From Candidatus Yanofskybacteria bacterium (GTDB taxonomy: Bacteria; Patescibacteriota; Minisyncoccia; 2-02-FULL-40-12; GWA2-44-9), in NCBI GenBank assembly GCA_016181045.1, contig JACPAB010000002.1, forward strand, positions 61,126 through 125,125: a stretch of DNA of 64,000 nucleotides. Direction: 5' to 3'. Below the pieces are notes generated by a model, which was not told the DNA's origin, made no database searches, and saw only the letters and a program-made list of their open reading frames with translations. A program made the position numbers and the translations under genes. Below, piece by piece: positions 40,016 through 50,412 of the stretch (positions within the stretch are counted from its first letter, which is position 1; every line of letters starts with the position of its first letter).

Positions 40016-41245
40016 CTATTTCAAGAGGTCTAAAGCTCTATCCAGTTGAGGGTCTTTGCCGGGTGTGCCTATTTCTATATTGCCGGCTTCAATTTCTTTA
40101 GCGTCTATTTCAACCTTAACGTCCGGTTCTATTCCCGTCTCCGAAATAGATATCCCATCCGGTGTGAGCCATTTGGCGATCGTAACCTTGAGAGACGAGC
40201 CGTCGTCGTATTTCTCCAGTTCCTGGACGGAACCCTTGCCGAAGCTTTTTATACCGACCAGGCGTGTTCCTTTATTGTCGTGAATGGCGCCGGCCAATAT
40301 CTCTGATGCGGAGGCCGAACCCCCGTTTATCAATATGATCATCGGATAGGACTTTAGCGCTCCGTTGCCGTCACTTTTAAATTCGTTCCTCATGCCGTTT
40401 CCGAATTCTTCACTTACGACCAATTTACCCTTGTCTAGGAACCATCCGGCCAGATTGATCGCGGAATCGAGCAAACCGCCGGGGTTATTCCTTAAGTCGA
40501 GCACAATGGCGTCGGCATCTGATTTTAATATCTCCTCTGCGGCTTTCCTGAATTCCGAATCGACGGTCTGGTTGAAAGAAAATATCTGCATGTAGGCGAT
40601 GTTCTTGCCGCCTTTCTCCACGAGTTTCCATTCGATTGTCGGCACTTTGATGGTGTCCCTGATAAGTTCTACGTCTTTCGTGGCGCCGTTGTTTATGGTC
40701 AGGATAACCTTGGTGCCCTTTTTGCCCCGGATCAAATTAACCGCTTCTTCTATTGAAATGTTATCGGTCGGCTTATTGTCTATTTTGAGTATCTTATCTC
40801 CGGCTTTAATTCCGGCCTTATAGGCGGGGGTGTCTTTGAGCGGAGCGATGACGGTGAGAATGTCGTTGCGTTTGCCTATCTCTATACCCACGCCTCCGAA
40901 ACTGCCGGAGATCTCTTCCTGGAATTTCTTGCTGTTTTGCGGTTCAAAGAAGGTGGTGTAAGGATCTCCGATACTATTGACCATGCCGCCGATAGCTCCG
41001 TATAAGACCTTCTCCGGTTCGAGTTTACTGCTGTCAACGTATTTTTCCTGAAGGTCGCTATATACCTTCCAGAACAAAGAGAAATCAACCTCACTGGGTT
41101 TTCCGTCGTCAAGGTTTATGAGCTTTTTAATTTCCTTCAAACTGTTGTTGGCGCTTTCCGGTCTTAGCCAAAAACCGCCCGAGAAACCGAGGGCGAGAGA
41201 CAAAATTATCGATATGATCAGGATCTTTCTGCTGTTTGTATTCAT
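40016..41245 (-). CDS. ctpA: S41A carboxy-terminal processing protease with PDZ domain
   Basis: DPYT, FGGVGIEI, DLRNNPGG, SASASEI, SFGKGSVQ. Confidence 0.93.
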   Translation of the reverse strand: MNTNSRKILIISIILSLALGFSGGFWLRPESANNSLKEIKKLINLDDGKPSEVDFSLFWKVYSDLQEKYVDSSKLEPEKVLYGAIGGMVNSIGDPYTTFFEPQNSKKFQEEISGSFGGVGIEIGKRNDILTVIAPLKDTPAYKAGIKAGDKILKIDNKPTDNISIEEAVNLIRGKKGTKVILTINNGATKDVELIRDTIKVPTIEWKLVEKGGKNIAYMQIFSFNQTVDSEFRKAAEEILKSDADAIVLDLRNNPGGLLDSAINLAGWFLDKGKLVVSEEFGNGMRNEFKSDGNGALKSYPMIILINGGSASASEILAGAIHDNKGTRLVGIKSFGKGSVQELEKYDDGSSLKVTIAKWLTPDGISISETGIEPDVKVEIDAKEIEAGNIEIGTPGKDPQLDRALDLLK

Positions 41246-42057
41246 ACTCCGTAAGTTATGTTTTTAAACCTGTATTTTGTAAAATATTTGATGCCGTCGC
41301 TTATGTGCCATCGCGTCTGCTTATTGGTCAAGGCCTCCAGCAGGCCCAACTTTCCCCGCGAGCTCTGTCCGTGGTAATGGTAGAGTTTTGCCAGCGGATA
41401 ATAAACCACTTCGTATCCATTTTCCCAGAACCGCCTGGACCAGTCAACATCACTGAAATAATGAAAAAGATTCTCGTCCATCAACCCGACCTGGTTTATC
41501 GCCACGCGGGAAATTAAGAAGGCGGCGCCGGAAACCCAATCCACTTTTGTTGGCTTGGAGAGGTCCGCGTCTTTCATTAAGAAGTGTTCGAGCCGTTTTT
41601 TTGCGAACGGCAGATAGGGCGCTCTTCTGAAGACAATGGTTAAGGGGCTGTAAAACCTGAAACAAGAATTCTGGTGGCTGTTGTTAAAATTCAAAAGCCC
41701 CGGCCCCATCATTCCTATTTCGGGATGTTTCTTAAAGTAGTTCAGAAGATCCTCCATGGTTCCGGGAATCATCACGATATCCTGGTTTATATAAAATATG
41801 TAGTCCCCTTTGGCCGCCCTGATGCCTTCGTTAACTCCACGGGTATAACCCGCATTTTTTTTAAGGGCGACGAGCTTTATTTTGGGAAACTTGTTTTTGA
41901 ATTCATGCTCAACAACGGAGCGGGTTTTTTCCGTTGAGGCGTTATCCACGACGATGACCTCGAAGTCAAAATTGTTAGGCAGTGACTGTTCCAGGGATTT
42001 CAGGCAGAGCCGCAGAAGGGCCGGGTTTTTATAGCTTAAGATGGTGATGGAAAGCAA
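41242..42057 (-). CDS. Glycosyltransferase family 2
   Basis: VVDNAS, NEGI, INQD, VDWVSGA, DVDW. Confidence 0.9.
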   Translation of the reverse strand: MLSITILSYKNPALLRLCLKSLEQSLPNNFDFEVIVVDNASTEKTRSVVEHEFKNKFPKIKLVALKKNAGYTRGVNEGIRAAKGDYIFYINQDIVMIPGTMEDLLNYFKKHPEIGMMGPGLLNFNNSHQNSCFRFYSPLTIVFRRAPYLPFAKKRLEHFLMKDADLSKPTKVDWVSGAAFLISRVAINQVGLMDENLFHYFSDVDWSRRFWENGYEVVYYPLAKLYHYHGQSSRGKLGLLEALTNKQTRWHISDGIKYFTKYRFKNITYGV

Positions 42058-42122
42058 ATTGACCTACAACCTACGACCTACAACCTACGACATCCAAGTC
42101 GTTAGTCGTTAGTCGTTAGTCG

Positions 42123-43187
42123 TTAGTTAATGATGTCTTGGAAGAGCTGCTTTATCCCTGTCAGGTTATCACCCGCCGGCAAGAGGATATATGCCTCGTT
42201 GGCGCGTGATTCATAGACCAAATTCTCCGTAGATATTACGTATTTACTCATCTTGTCGGCGGAATTTATTTCGTTAGCCAGGTCGAGAATTTCTTTTGCG
42301 TTCCAAATATTTATGTCGGTTTGGATGTTGGACTTGATGGCGGTCACGATATCCAAGGTCTTGAGCGGGTCGGTCCACCAGTTGTGCCGGGCCAGTTTAT
42401 CTTTAAGAGCAAAAATGACTTCCTGCTGGCGCCTCGACCGGTCAAAGTCGTTGGACGAGAAACGGGAGCGGGCGTAATACAAAGCGTTCTTTCCACCCAG
42501 GTGGTTCTCTCCCTCCGGCAGATAAAAGTTGTTTCCCCACTGCTGTTTCTCTTCGAACGGCTTGGCCAGGGTGATGTCTATCCCGCCCGCCGCATCGATA
42601 ACTTTTTCGAATGAAGAGAAGTCCAGAACCAAGGCCTTATCTATATATATTCCCGTAATTTTAGATACCCATTCTTTTGTGTACTTCATTCCCCTGTTCT
42701 CGAAAATGCTGTTTATTTTGGCGGCTCTTCTCTTCTCCGTCTTTACGTAAAGGTCCCTGGGTATGGAAATTATAGATGCTTTTTTGGCCGTCTTGTCGAA
42801 GCTGAAGACCATGATAGTATCTGTCAGCAGAGCGCCCGCGTCCTTGGCGTCTGGGTCGTCCTCGCCTCTTATTCCCAATATCAGAACATCGAACCTGTCT
42901 TTTTCTTCACGGGGCATTATGTAGTCGGGGTCTTCTTCTTCGCTGAAAGTAAAGATACTGGCTACCTTCTGCCAGAAAGGAGCCGGTTTTTCCGACACCT
43001 CGATCTCTTTGGAACTTGAGCCGACAGCAAATCCGATTATCATCAAAATAGCCAACAAAGGAATTACAAACATCCAGCCCTTTCGGTGCTCGGAGTGGTC
43101 TCCTGGGCGTGCTTTAGCCGCCCAAGGAACTCTGTTGGGTCTGTGTTCATTGAAGTCAGGTTGTTGAAAGCCAGTTAATTGAACCAT
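42123..43187 (-). CDS. LytR-CpsA-Psr (LCP) family protein
   Basis: TDTIM, SIPRDLYV, KIN, YARSR, DFDRSRRQQ. Confidence 0.93.
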   Translation of the reverse strand: MVQLTGFQQPDFNEHRPNRVPWAAKARPGDHSEHRKGWMFVIPLLAILMIIGFAVGSSSKEIEVSEKPAPFWQKVASIFTFSEEEDPDYIMPREEKDRFDVLILGIRGEDDPDAKDAGALLTDTIMVFSFDKTAKKASIISIPRDLYVKTEKRRAAKINSIFENRGMKYTKEWVSKITGIYIDKALVLDFSSFEKVIDAAGGIDITLAKPFEEKQQWGNNFYLPEGENHLGGKNALYYARSRFSSNDFDRSRRQQEVIFALKDKLARHNWWTDPLKTLDIVTAIKSNIQTDINIWNAKEILDLANEINSADKMSKYVISTENLVYESRANEAYILLPAGDNLTGIKQLFQDIIN

Positions 43188-44206
43188 TTTCGCATCTCGG
43201 CTGGTTTTGCCGTTGCCCGTTTCATTATCTCCCTTCTCCTCACTAACATTTTTGGAAGCAGGAAGATGAACTTGGGAATTTCCAAAAGCACTGCCGGTTC
43301 GAAAAGTATTATGTATCCTGCCATCTGGATTTCCCTCTTGAGTATGGCCGGGAGATCTTTCAGAATATTGATTATATAATCATTTTTGATGATTGTCCAG
43401 CGAGTATTTCTCCAATCCAGGCCGCGTTTTTTTATCGGTATGCCTCTTCTTATCCTTATGAAATCGGAAAAGTTTTTCTTTAGGGTCTTGGTCGTTTGGC
43501 GGTCGTGCCAGGCCACCACGTCGGGGTCAAAGACCTCTTTCCAGCCGAAGAGCCGCATCCGCCAGGCAAGGTCAAGGTCGTCTCCGTACCAGAAAAAATC
43601 CTTGTCCACCAACTCTCCTTTGACACGTATGTCTTTGAGCGCCTCTGCCCTGAAGAACGGCGCCGCTCCTTCCACCGCGAAAATCTCCGAGTATTTATTG
43701 AATTGCCCGTGGTCTTCTTCTCCGTGGCCGATGTTTATAACCCTTCGTGATTTGAATATCTTAAATCCGCATGTGTCTATGATCTTTGACATTTGGATTT
43801 TGTCATTTGAAATTTCGTATCTATATATTTTTGCCTCCAAGGCGCCGACGTTGCCGTCGCTTTCCATCCGTTCGACTCCTTTTGAAACGAAGTTCTTGTC
43901 GAGCATGACGTCCACCGCCATTGCTAAGACATATTTTCCGCTCGAGTATTTCAGTAACTCTTCCTGCCCTGGCCACATACCCAGGTTCAATTTTGATTCA
44001 ACAAAATTGAACTGCTTAAAGCTTAAAGCTTGAAGCTCAAAACTTTCAATAATCTCTTTTGTTTTGTCATTAGAGCCATTGTCTAAAATATTCAATTCGA
44101 TCAACTCATGCGGATATGTCTGCGCCAAAACCGCGTCTAGGCAATGACGGACATGCTTTTCACCGTTGAGAACAACGAGGTTGATTGTGACTAATGGGTT
44201 TGACAT
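43175..44206 (-). CDS. Glycosyltransferase family 2
   Basis: LDNGSND, DDLDLAWR. Confidence 0.9.
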   Translation of the reverse strand: MSNPLVTINLVVLNGEKHVRHCLDAVLAQTYPHELIELNILDNGSNDKTKEIIESFELQALSFKQFNFVESKLNLGMWPGQEELLKYSSGKYVLAMAVDVMLDKNFVSKGVERMESDGNVGALEAKIYRYEISNDKIQMSKIIDTCGFKIFKSRRVINIGHGEEDHGQFNKYSEIFAVEGAAPFFRAEALKDIRVKGELVDKDFFWYGDDLDLAWRMRLFGWKEVFDPDVVAWHDRQTTKTLKKNFSDFIRIRRGIPIKKRGLDWRNTRWTIIKNDYIINILKDLPAILKREIQMAGYIILFEPAVLLEIPKFIFLLPKMLVRRREIMKRATAKPAEMRKWFN

Positions 44207-44264
44207 ATTATAGCGAATATATTAACATTTTCTTAGGTTTTTTAACAAACTAAAAGGTCTAATT

Positions 44265-44522
44265 ATGTCAGGTCTCGATAACTATTTGATACGAAGGAAT
44301 GAAGAGATAAAAAAGCAAATCTTGAACTATGTACAACACTGCCGGCCCGTTTCAATTGAAAAGGTTTGCGCAGACGTAGGAAAGATGGGTCCATGTCAAC
44401 TCGAAAGGTCAATAATATTAACGCAAATATCCTTATTGTTAAATAGCAGACAGTTAAGAGTTACGGGGTTGCTCACATTGTTTCCTGATGGACGGCTAGA
44501 TGGAATTCTTGAGTTAGAGTGA
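44265..44522 (+). CDS. Small hypothetical protein (winged-helix-like)
   Basis: 85-aa ORF with AAAGGT SD; overlaps the next ORF (GTGA). Confidence 0.5.
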   Translation: MSGLDNYLIRRNEEIKKQILNYVQHCRPVSIEKVCADVGKMGPCQLERSIILTQISLLLNSRQLRVTGLLTLFPDGRLDGILELE

Positions 44523-44836
44523 AGATCAAAATGCTCAAACCAGGAGGCCCGCCGAATAGTGCGGAGAATTTTAAGAAGATTGATATTCTAAAGAAAACCA
44601 TATACGAATTGCTAAGGGCTCAAAAAATGACATTATCGGATTTAACAGGTTGTTTAATGAGTGAGCCATATAGCGTGAACCCGGACGACTTAGATTTAAT
44701 TGTCATTGCTCTTTATCATTTGCGGGACAGGGAATTGCTAAGGGTTGGTTTCCAACTCGATCCTCAAGGTCTTACTGTTGAGTCGATATTACTCGCAATT
44801 CCACCCCCAACTATTTTGGACGGATTCGATTTTTAA
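44519..44836 (+). CDS. Small hypothetical protein (winged-helix-like)
   Basis: 105 aa; translationally coupled to the previous ORF. Confidence 0.5.
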   Translation: MKIKMLKPGGPPNSAENFKKIDILKKTIYELLRAQKMTLSDLTGCLMSEPYSVNPDDLDLIVIALYHLRDRELLRVGFQLDPQGLTVESILLAIPPPTILDGFDF

Positions 44837-46425
44837 TCCAACTCGGTTGGATTTTTTGTTCCCAAAATTATCGCGATTGGAATAAGAGCAAACAGCAACG
44901 CCCTCTCATCAAAGATCGCAACATCGGTGAGAGAGTATATCAAAACCCACGGTACGAATAGAAGTGTAGCGGCAAAGTAAATTCCAAGTTGCTTATCATT
45001 CTCTTTAACAAAAATGTCGTAATTCCTCTTGAACAAAAGCCACAGGAACCAGATAAATATTATTCCCGCCAAGATTCCCATTTCCGCCGCAATGTGTAGA
45101 TATAAGTTGTGTGCAGATGAGCCGGCCTTGGCCAACCGTATATCCTGTCCAAGCACGACCGGATAATTGCCTATGCCAACACCAAGAAACGGCCTCTGTT
45201 TGATTGATGACAGAGTTTTCTTCCATATCTCTATCCGCTGGGCGTTGGACGTTTCCCCGAAATCAAGTATTGAACGGAGGCGCGCTTTCAGGATGTCATC
45301 GCTTTTTCCTATCAGGAATTGCGGGGACGCGAGTATGGGAAAAGCAACTAAAAACATGATAAAAAATATAATCAAATATCCGCTCAACCTCTTTAATTGG
45401 GTAAATTTAGCATATGCTAAATTTACCCAATCTCTTTTTCTTATAAAGATAATCATTCCTGTGGCCAACAATACTACCCCGACACTTGCTGCCCAAATTC
45501 CTCTTGTGCCGCTTAAAATAATTATCAAAAACAATAGTGACAGGATCAACATTCTTGCCCATTTTTTCTGTACGACCATTAATACGGCCGGAATTCCCAG
45601 CAATACGAATTGTGGGAATGAGTGCGAATCGGGGAACAGAGAGAAGACCCTCAATGATAACTGTTCGCCATAATACGCGAACCAGGTATTTCCGAGTTCC
45701 ACGGCTATCGTGCACCACTCATAACCGAACTGGCGGCATTGTATCCCCTCTCCCCAAATCCTCATAAACTGGTAAATATCAATGAAGTAGGTTGAGATAA
45801 CTTGGATGTATCCGACTGCGGCAACGATAACAACGGGAATAATTGAATTTTTAATTAATTTTATTGCGAACTCCTTGTTGCCTGCCTTATCGTAAATGAC
45901 AACTCCTAATATGGCGAAGTTCAGGAAATAAATTATGCGCTTAATTGCCGCAATCTTATCTGGCGTGGGAATTATGGATAAAACAGCAAGGAACAAAAGA
46001 ACAATGAGAAAAAAGGATGGGCTTATGCTTGGCTTGAGTAAATTTTTGAATTTTGAAAATTGGGATTTGATTGAAAATTGTCCCGACCTTGTCGAGGATC
46101 CTCGATGGCTTTGCCATCGGGAAAAATTGAAAATTGAAAATTTAGCCGCGAACCATTTCAAAAATATTATGGCCGATGTTATTCTCCAGGTGTTGAAATT
46201 ATCGAAGTCGGTAGTAAAAGGCAGGGCCAGGAATAGGGGTATTGATCTTATGAACAAAACAACGGCATCCTCCAGGGGCGCCAGGAGAACATATGCCGCC
46301 AAGCCCGCGGCAAGATAAAGCGCTGCCTCCCTGGGTATGACCCCGGTAATTATTAAGGCAAACAAAAAAAGCTCGGCTACAAAGACGAGATCGAGGAAAA
46401 GAATTTTTGGGCGAAATTTTCCCAT
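44833..46425 (-). CDS. O-antigen ligase/polymerase-family membrane protein
   Basis: Multi-TM; SGTRG, RIEIW, GVGIGNY, AHNLYLH..AEMG. Confidence 0.9.
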   Translation of the reverse strand: MGKFRPKILFLDLVFVAELFLFALIITGVIPREAALYLAAGLAAYVLLAPLEDAVVLFIRSIPLFLALPFTTDFDNFNTWRITSAIIFLKWFAAKFSIFNFSRWQSHRGSSTRSGQFSIKSQFSKFKNLLKPSISPSFFLIVLLFLAVLSIIPTPDKIAAIKRIIYFLNFAILGVVIYDKAGNKEFAIKLIKNSIIPVVIVAAVGYIQVISTYFIDIYQFMRIWGEGIQCRQFGYEWCTIAVELGNTWFAYYGEQLSLRVFSLFPDSHSFPQFVLLGIPAVLMVVQKKWARMLILSLLFLIIILSGTRGIWAASVGVVLLATGMIIFIRKRDWVNLAYAKFTQLKRLSGYLIIFFIMFLVAFPILASPQFLIGKSDDILKARLRSILDFGETSNAQRIEIWKKTLSSIKQRPFLGVGIGNYPVVLGQDIRLAKAGSSAHNLYLHIAAEMGILAGIIFIWFLWLLFKRNYDIFVKENDKQLGIYFAATLLFVPWVLIYSLTDVAIFDERALLFALIPIAIILGTKNPTELD

Positions 46426-47483
46426 GATAATTTAGGTGTCAATTCCTTGTACTCCCGCATCAGCTTCCCTCTTCTCAATTCGTCGGTAAGTCCCTGCCTG
46501 AATACATTGGCTATGTTTTCGGGATCTTTTTCGTCGGCTACGAAAAAAGCCGCGTTGCCGAACAGTTCGTGGTTGAGCTCTGAATCCTTCACGACTACCG
46601 GCACCCCGTGGGCGGCCGCTTCCACCGGAGGCAGGCCGAATGCTTCGGAGGATGATATATAAGCGAAGAGCTTCGCTCCATTATACAATTTTTCCAGGTC
46701 TTTATCATTATTTATATATTCAAAATGGAACACCCGCTCTTTTCCGAGTTTTTTGTTGATCTCCGCGACGAGCCCGGCGATGCGATGCGGGTTATATTTG
46801 TCTTTGCCGACCAGCACAAAATTCAAGGCCGGGAATTCCGGAGCTATCTTTTCGAAGGCTTTTATCGACTCCACAGCTCTTCTTCTTGGGAACATTTGGC
46901 CGACATAAAGTATGTAGTTGCCGTATTGCGAAGCGGACTCTGCGGTGGAGGGTTCTTTAACTCCCAGGTGGGCTACCGTTATTCTATCCGGTTTGATGCC
47001 GTATAATTTAGAAACCTGTTTTTTTGATGCCTCCGATATGGCCAGTATCTTTGCCGCTTTTTTTGCCGCCCAGTTCGTGAATAACCCATAAGCGAGCTTA
47101 TACCTGAACGGCAGAGTCCCGGTCTTGTATTCATGGAAAACGTCTTCGGTAAACATGACCGTCGCTTTGCGCAGATACAAAGGAGGCAGCATATATGCCG
47201 GGAAGAACATCATGTCTATCCCGTCGAAAGTTGCCCGGATGGGAAGCAGGATATGGTAGAAAATATTGAACGACCTTGTGCCGAGAACTTTTTTGACGAA
47301 TACTGGGTTTTTTAAAACTTCGTCATCGGGGACCCGCTCCTTAAAATATAAAAACAGTTGGAACCTTTTCTGCCATTCCGGATTTTTGGCGTATTCCTGA
47401 AGCAGGTTCAAAACCAAATGGCCCACGCCCCAGCGTGATTTCGGGTCCTCCAAGTTTTCGCACTCTATTCCAATTTTATACAT
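46377..47483 (-). CDS. Glycosyltransferase family 4
   Basis: LYVG, EAFGLPPVEAAAHGVPV. Confidence 0.9.
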   Translation of the reverse strand: MYKIGIECENLEDPKSRWGVGHLVLNLLQEYAKNPEWQKRFQLFLYFKERVPDDEVLKNPVFVKKVLGTRSFNIFYHILLPIRATFDGIDMMFFPAYMLPPLYLRKATVMFTEDVFHEYKTGTLPFRYKLAYGLFTNWAAKKAAKILAISEASKKQVSKLYGIKPDRITVAHLGVKEPSTAESASQYGNYILYVGQMFPRRRAVESIKAFEKIAPEFPALNFVLVGKDKYNPHRIAGLVAEINKKLGKERVFHFEYINNDKDLEKLYNGAKLFAYISSSEAFGLPPVEAAAHGVPVVVKDSELNHELFGNAAFFVADEKDPENIANVFRQGLTDELRRGKLMREYKELTPKLSWENFAQKFFSSISSL

Positions 47484-48411
47484 GAAGTTTTCCGTAGTTG
47501 TTTTTATAAAAATCCATGACTCCGGCCAGTATCGCTTTCGATTGCTCTCTATTCCTTCCAACTGCCATCTTCAATATCTGCTTTGCCGCGACTATCCAGC
47601 TCCACGGCCAGACAAGTAATTTAATATACCAAGGGCCGTTCTTCCTGTTGAAATACAAAGCATTGCGGTAATGGTATCTCATCAGCATCGGTGAGCCGAG
47701 TTTTTTGGTGGAAGCGGAAACCGAATGTAAAACTTTTATTTCCGACATGAACTCTATTGGAATTCTCGCCTTTCTTGTTCTCATCGAAAAATCCGCATCC
47801 TCAAAATAAAGAAAGTACTTCTCATCCAAAAAACCTATCTTATCAAAAACATCCTTGTGTATCGCCACTGCTCCCCCAATCGCATAATAACGACCTTGAA
47901 GGTCGTTAGTCAACATGTTGTCCACAGGTTTTATAACGACCTTGAAGGTCGTTATGTGGATAAGTGTTGGTTTGAGCCACTCTATCTTTCCAGCGTAAAC
48001 GGTTCTGCTTGTCCCGAGATTGTTTTGTGATTTTTCGGGGTTGTCTTCGTCTACGGCCAGGCCCATGACACCTTCCTTGCCTTCTAAATTCGCCTTCAGG
48101 CGAGAAATAAAGTCGTTTTTTACCCAGGTATCGTTGTTCAGCAAAAGCATCCAGTCAGAGCCACTTGCGATGGCTTTTTTGATGCCGACATTATTGCCTC
48201 CGGAATAGCCGAGATTCCTGTCGTTCTCGATGAATACGATGTTGGTTTCCTCTGTCCGGTAATTCTTCAGTGCTGCTTTCTGGTCCGGACCGGAGTTATT
48301 GTCAATAACCAAGACATCGAAGTTCTTATCGGTCTGGTTTTTGAGGGATTCCAAAAGCTTTATCGTATTCTCCGAGCTGTTGTAGTTGACGGTGACGATG
48401 GTTAAATTCAC
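47476..48411 (-). CDS. Glycosyltransferase family 2 (with in-frame palindromic insert)
   Basis: IDNNS, NLGYSGGNN, LLNND, YFEDAD. Confidence 0.9.
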   Translation of the reverse strand: MNLTIVTVNYNSSENTIKLLESLKNQTDKNFDVLVIDNNSGPDQKAALKNYRTEETNIVFIENDRNLGYSGGNNVGIKKAIASGSDWMLLLNNDTWVKNDFISRLKANLEGKEGVMGLAVDEDNPEKSQNNLGTSRTVYAGKIEWLKPTLIHITTFKVVIKPVDNMLTNDLQGRYYAIGGAVAIHKDVFDKIGFLDEKYFLYFEDADFSMRTRKARIPIEFMSEIKVLHSVSASTKKLGSPMLMRYHYRNALYFNRKNGPWYIKLLVWPWSWIVAAKQILKMAVGRNREQSKAILAGVMDFYKNNYGKLHV

Positions 48412-48541
48412 CCTGAAATTCTACTAAAAATCGGTGTTTTTCGCAATTTGCTTGATTTATTCAAGGTTTATGTTATAATTGTAGATACAGCCCTTTTACT
48501 ATCAGGTAGCTACCGCATACCGCGGAGGCTAAGGAGGAAAC

Positions 48542-50362
48542 GTGTCAACCAGAAAAGCGTTTTTTGAGCAGGCGTGGGCCATCTTCGGCCCTCTGAAGTG
48601 GCGCATGGCGCTGGTCCTGGCAATCATCGCATTGGGCCAGGCGTTGTCGTTGGTGAGTCCCTACATTCAGGGCACCGTCATCGACAACGTCAGCCAGGGA
48701 AAGGCGATGAGCCAGACCTACTGGCTGATCGCATTGGCCGGAGGCGTGATGCTTCTCGGCCATGTGCTCTCGTACAGCCGCGAGCTTTACGAGATCAACA
48801 AGGTCGATTATGACATCGACGAAGCCGCGAGCGACCAGACCATGCACCGGATGACGTCGCTTTCGGTCGGCCAGCACAACACGCTCCATTCGGGCCTGAA
48901 GCAGAGCATCATCAACCGGGGCCAGCACTCGCTCACCTCTCTGGTGAACATGCTGATCTACGAGATCGTGCCAACTGCATCGCGGGCCGTTATCATGACG
49001 GTTGCGATGTGCTGGCTCAGCATGGCGATGGGATTCATAGTCCTGGTTGCCATGGCGCTGTTCGTTTCACTGACGCTCTGGATGAACCACATTTTCGGGA
49101 GTGACCTGAAGAAGCTCGAGAAGATGTGGAATCAGGAGTCAAGGTTCCGAAGCGAGATCATCCAGCACATCAGCCATGTCCTTGTGAACGCGCAGGAAAA
49201 AAAGGCGCGGGCGGAAGCCGATGCGAAGTACGGAGAGACCGTTGCCTTCGCGAGGCCCATGTGGCGCCGGTTCCTCGTTCTCGCTTATCTGAGATCGACG
49301 ATAGTCATCGTGGCAAGAGTGGCGGTCATGGCTATCGGTGCCCACTATGTCTACAGCGGGCGGTACACTGTCGGCAGCATCGTGGTGTTCTGGGCTTGGT
49401 CCGGCAACGCGTTGGACGGGCTGTGGAATATCGGGACCCTCCAACGGCAGATCATTAAGATGTGGACTTCGATCAGAAGGTACTGCGAATTCCTGACCAT
49501 GGAGACCGACGTCAGGGTCGTTTCCAACCCGGTCGTACTCGATCCGGTTCGGGGACACATCGAAGCGCGCAATCTCTCATTTGCTTACGAGAACCGCATG
49601 CTCATCTCCCGCGACGAAGACGACACGGATGGAGATGATGAAGAAGAGAAAAAGGAAAAGCAGGCGGCGCTTCAGGATGTTTCGTTCGTCATTGAGCCCG
49701 GAGAAACGGTTGCTATTGTTGGAGAATCAGGTTCCGGCAAGACAACCCTGGCCAGTTTGCTGGTGCGTGCCAGCGACCCGACATCCGGACAGATTCTCAT
49801 CGACGGCCAGGACCTTCGGGTTCTGGACCTCCACGCTTTCCGTTCAAAAGTCGGCGTGGTGGAACAACACGTGCCTTTGTTCGATCAAAGCATCCGTTAC
49901 AACATCCTCTATGGCCTGAACGGTCAGGCCATAGATGTGACCGAGGAAGATCTGGAGCGGATTGCCAAGGTGTCGCAGATCAGCCGGTTCTCGCATAAGC
50001 TCGAGAAGGGGTTCGATACCCTTATCGGCGAACGCGGACTAAAGCTGTCCGGCGGAGAACGCCAGCGCGTCGGCATTGCCCGGGCGCTCATCAAGGACCC
50101 GGCAATTCTCATCTTTGACGAGGCGACAAGTTCACTGGATGTCAAAGTCGAAGCAGAAATCCGCGAAGCCATAAACGAGGCCTCGAAGGGTCGAACGACC
50201 ATCATCATTGCGCATCGATATTCCACCATCCGATACGCAAATCGCATCATTGTCATGGACGACGGACGAATTGTAGGCCAGGGAAAACACGAAGATCTCT
50301 ACAAGTCGTGCGAACCTTATCGCAGTTACGTCGTTCTCCAAAGAGGCGAGATGTTCAACTAA
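48542..50362 (+). CDS. ABC exporter, fused permease and ATPase (MsbA/MdlB-like)
   Basis: GESGSGKT, LSGGERQR, DEATS, IAHR; AAGGAGG SD. Confidence 0.93.
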   Translation: MSTRKAFFEQAWAIFGPLKWRMALVLAIIALGQALSLVSPYIQGTVIDNVSQGKAMSQTYWLIALAGGVMLLGHVLSYSRELYEINKVDYDIDEAASDQTMHRMTSLSVGQHNTLHSGLKQSIINRGQHSLTSLVNMLIYEIVPTASRAVIMTVAMCWLSMAMGFIVLVAMALFVSLTLWMNHIFGSDLKKLEKMWNQESRFRSEIIQHISHVLVNAQEKKARAEADAKYGETVAFARPMWRRFLVLAYLRSTIVIVARVAVMAIGAHYVYSGRYTVGSIVVFWAWSGNALDGLWNIGTLQRQIIKMWTSIRRYCEFLTMETDVRVVSNPVVLDPVRGHIEARNLSFAYENRMLISRDEDDTDGDDEEEKKEKQAALQDVSFVIEPGETVAIVGESGSGKTTLASLLVRASDPTSGQILIDGQDLRVLDLHAFRSKVGVVEQHVPLFDQSIRYNILYGLNGQAIDVTEEDLERIAKVSQISRFSHKLEKGFDTLIGERGLKLSGGERQRVGIARALIKDPAILIFDEATSSLDVKVEAEIREAINEASKGRTTIIIAHRYSTIRYANRIIVMDDGRIVGQGKHEDLYKSCEPYRSYVVLQRGEMFN

Positions 50363-50412
50363 ATCGGTCGCAAGTTTAAAGAAATTCAAGAGAGCCTGAC
50401 CAGCTCTCTTTT

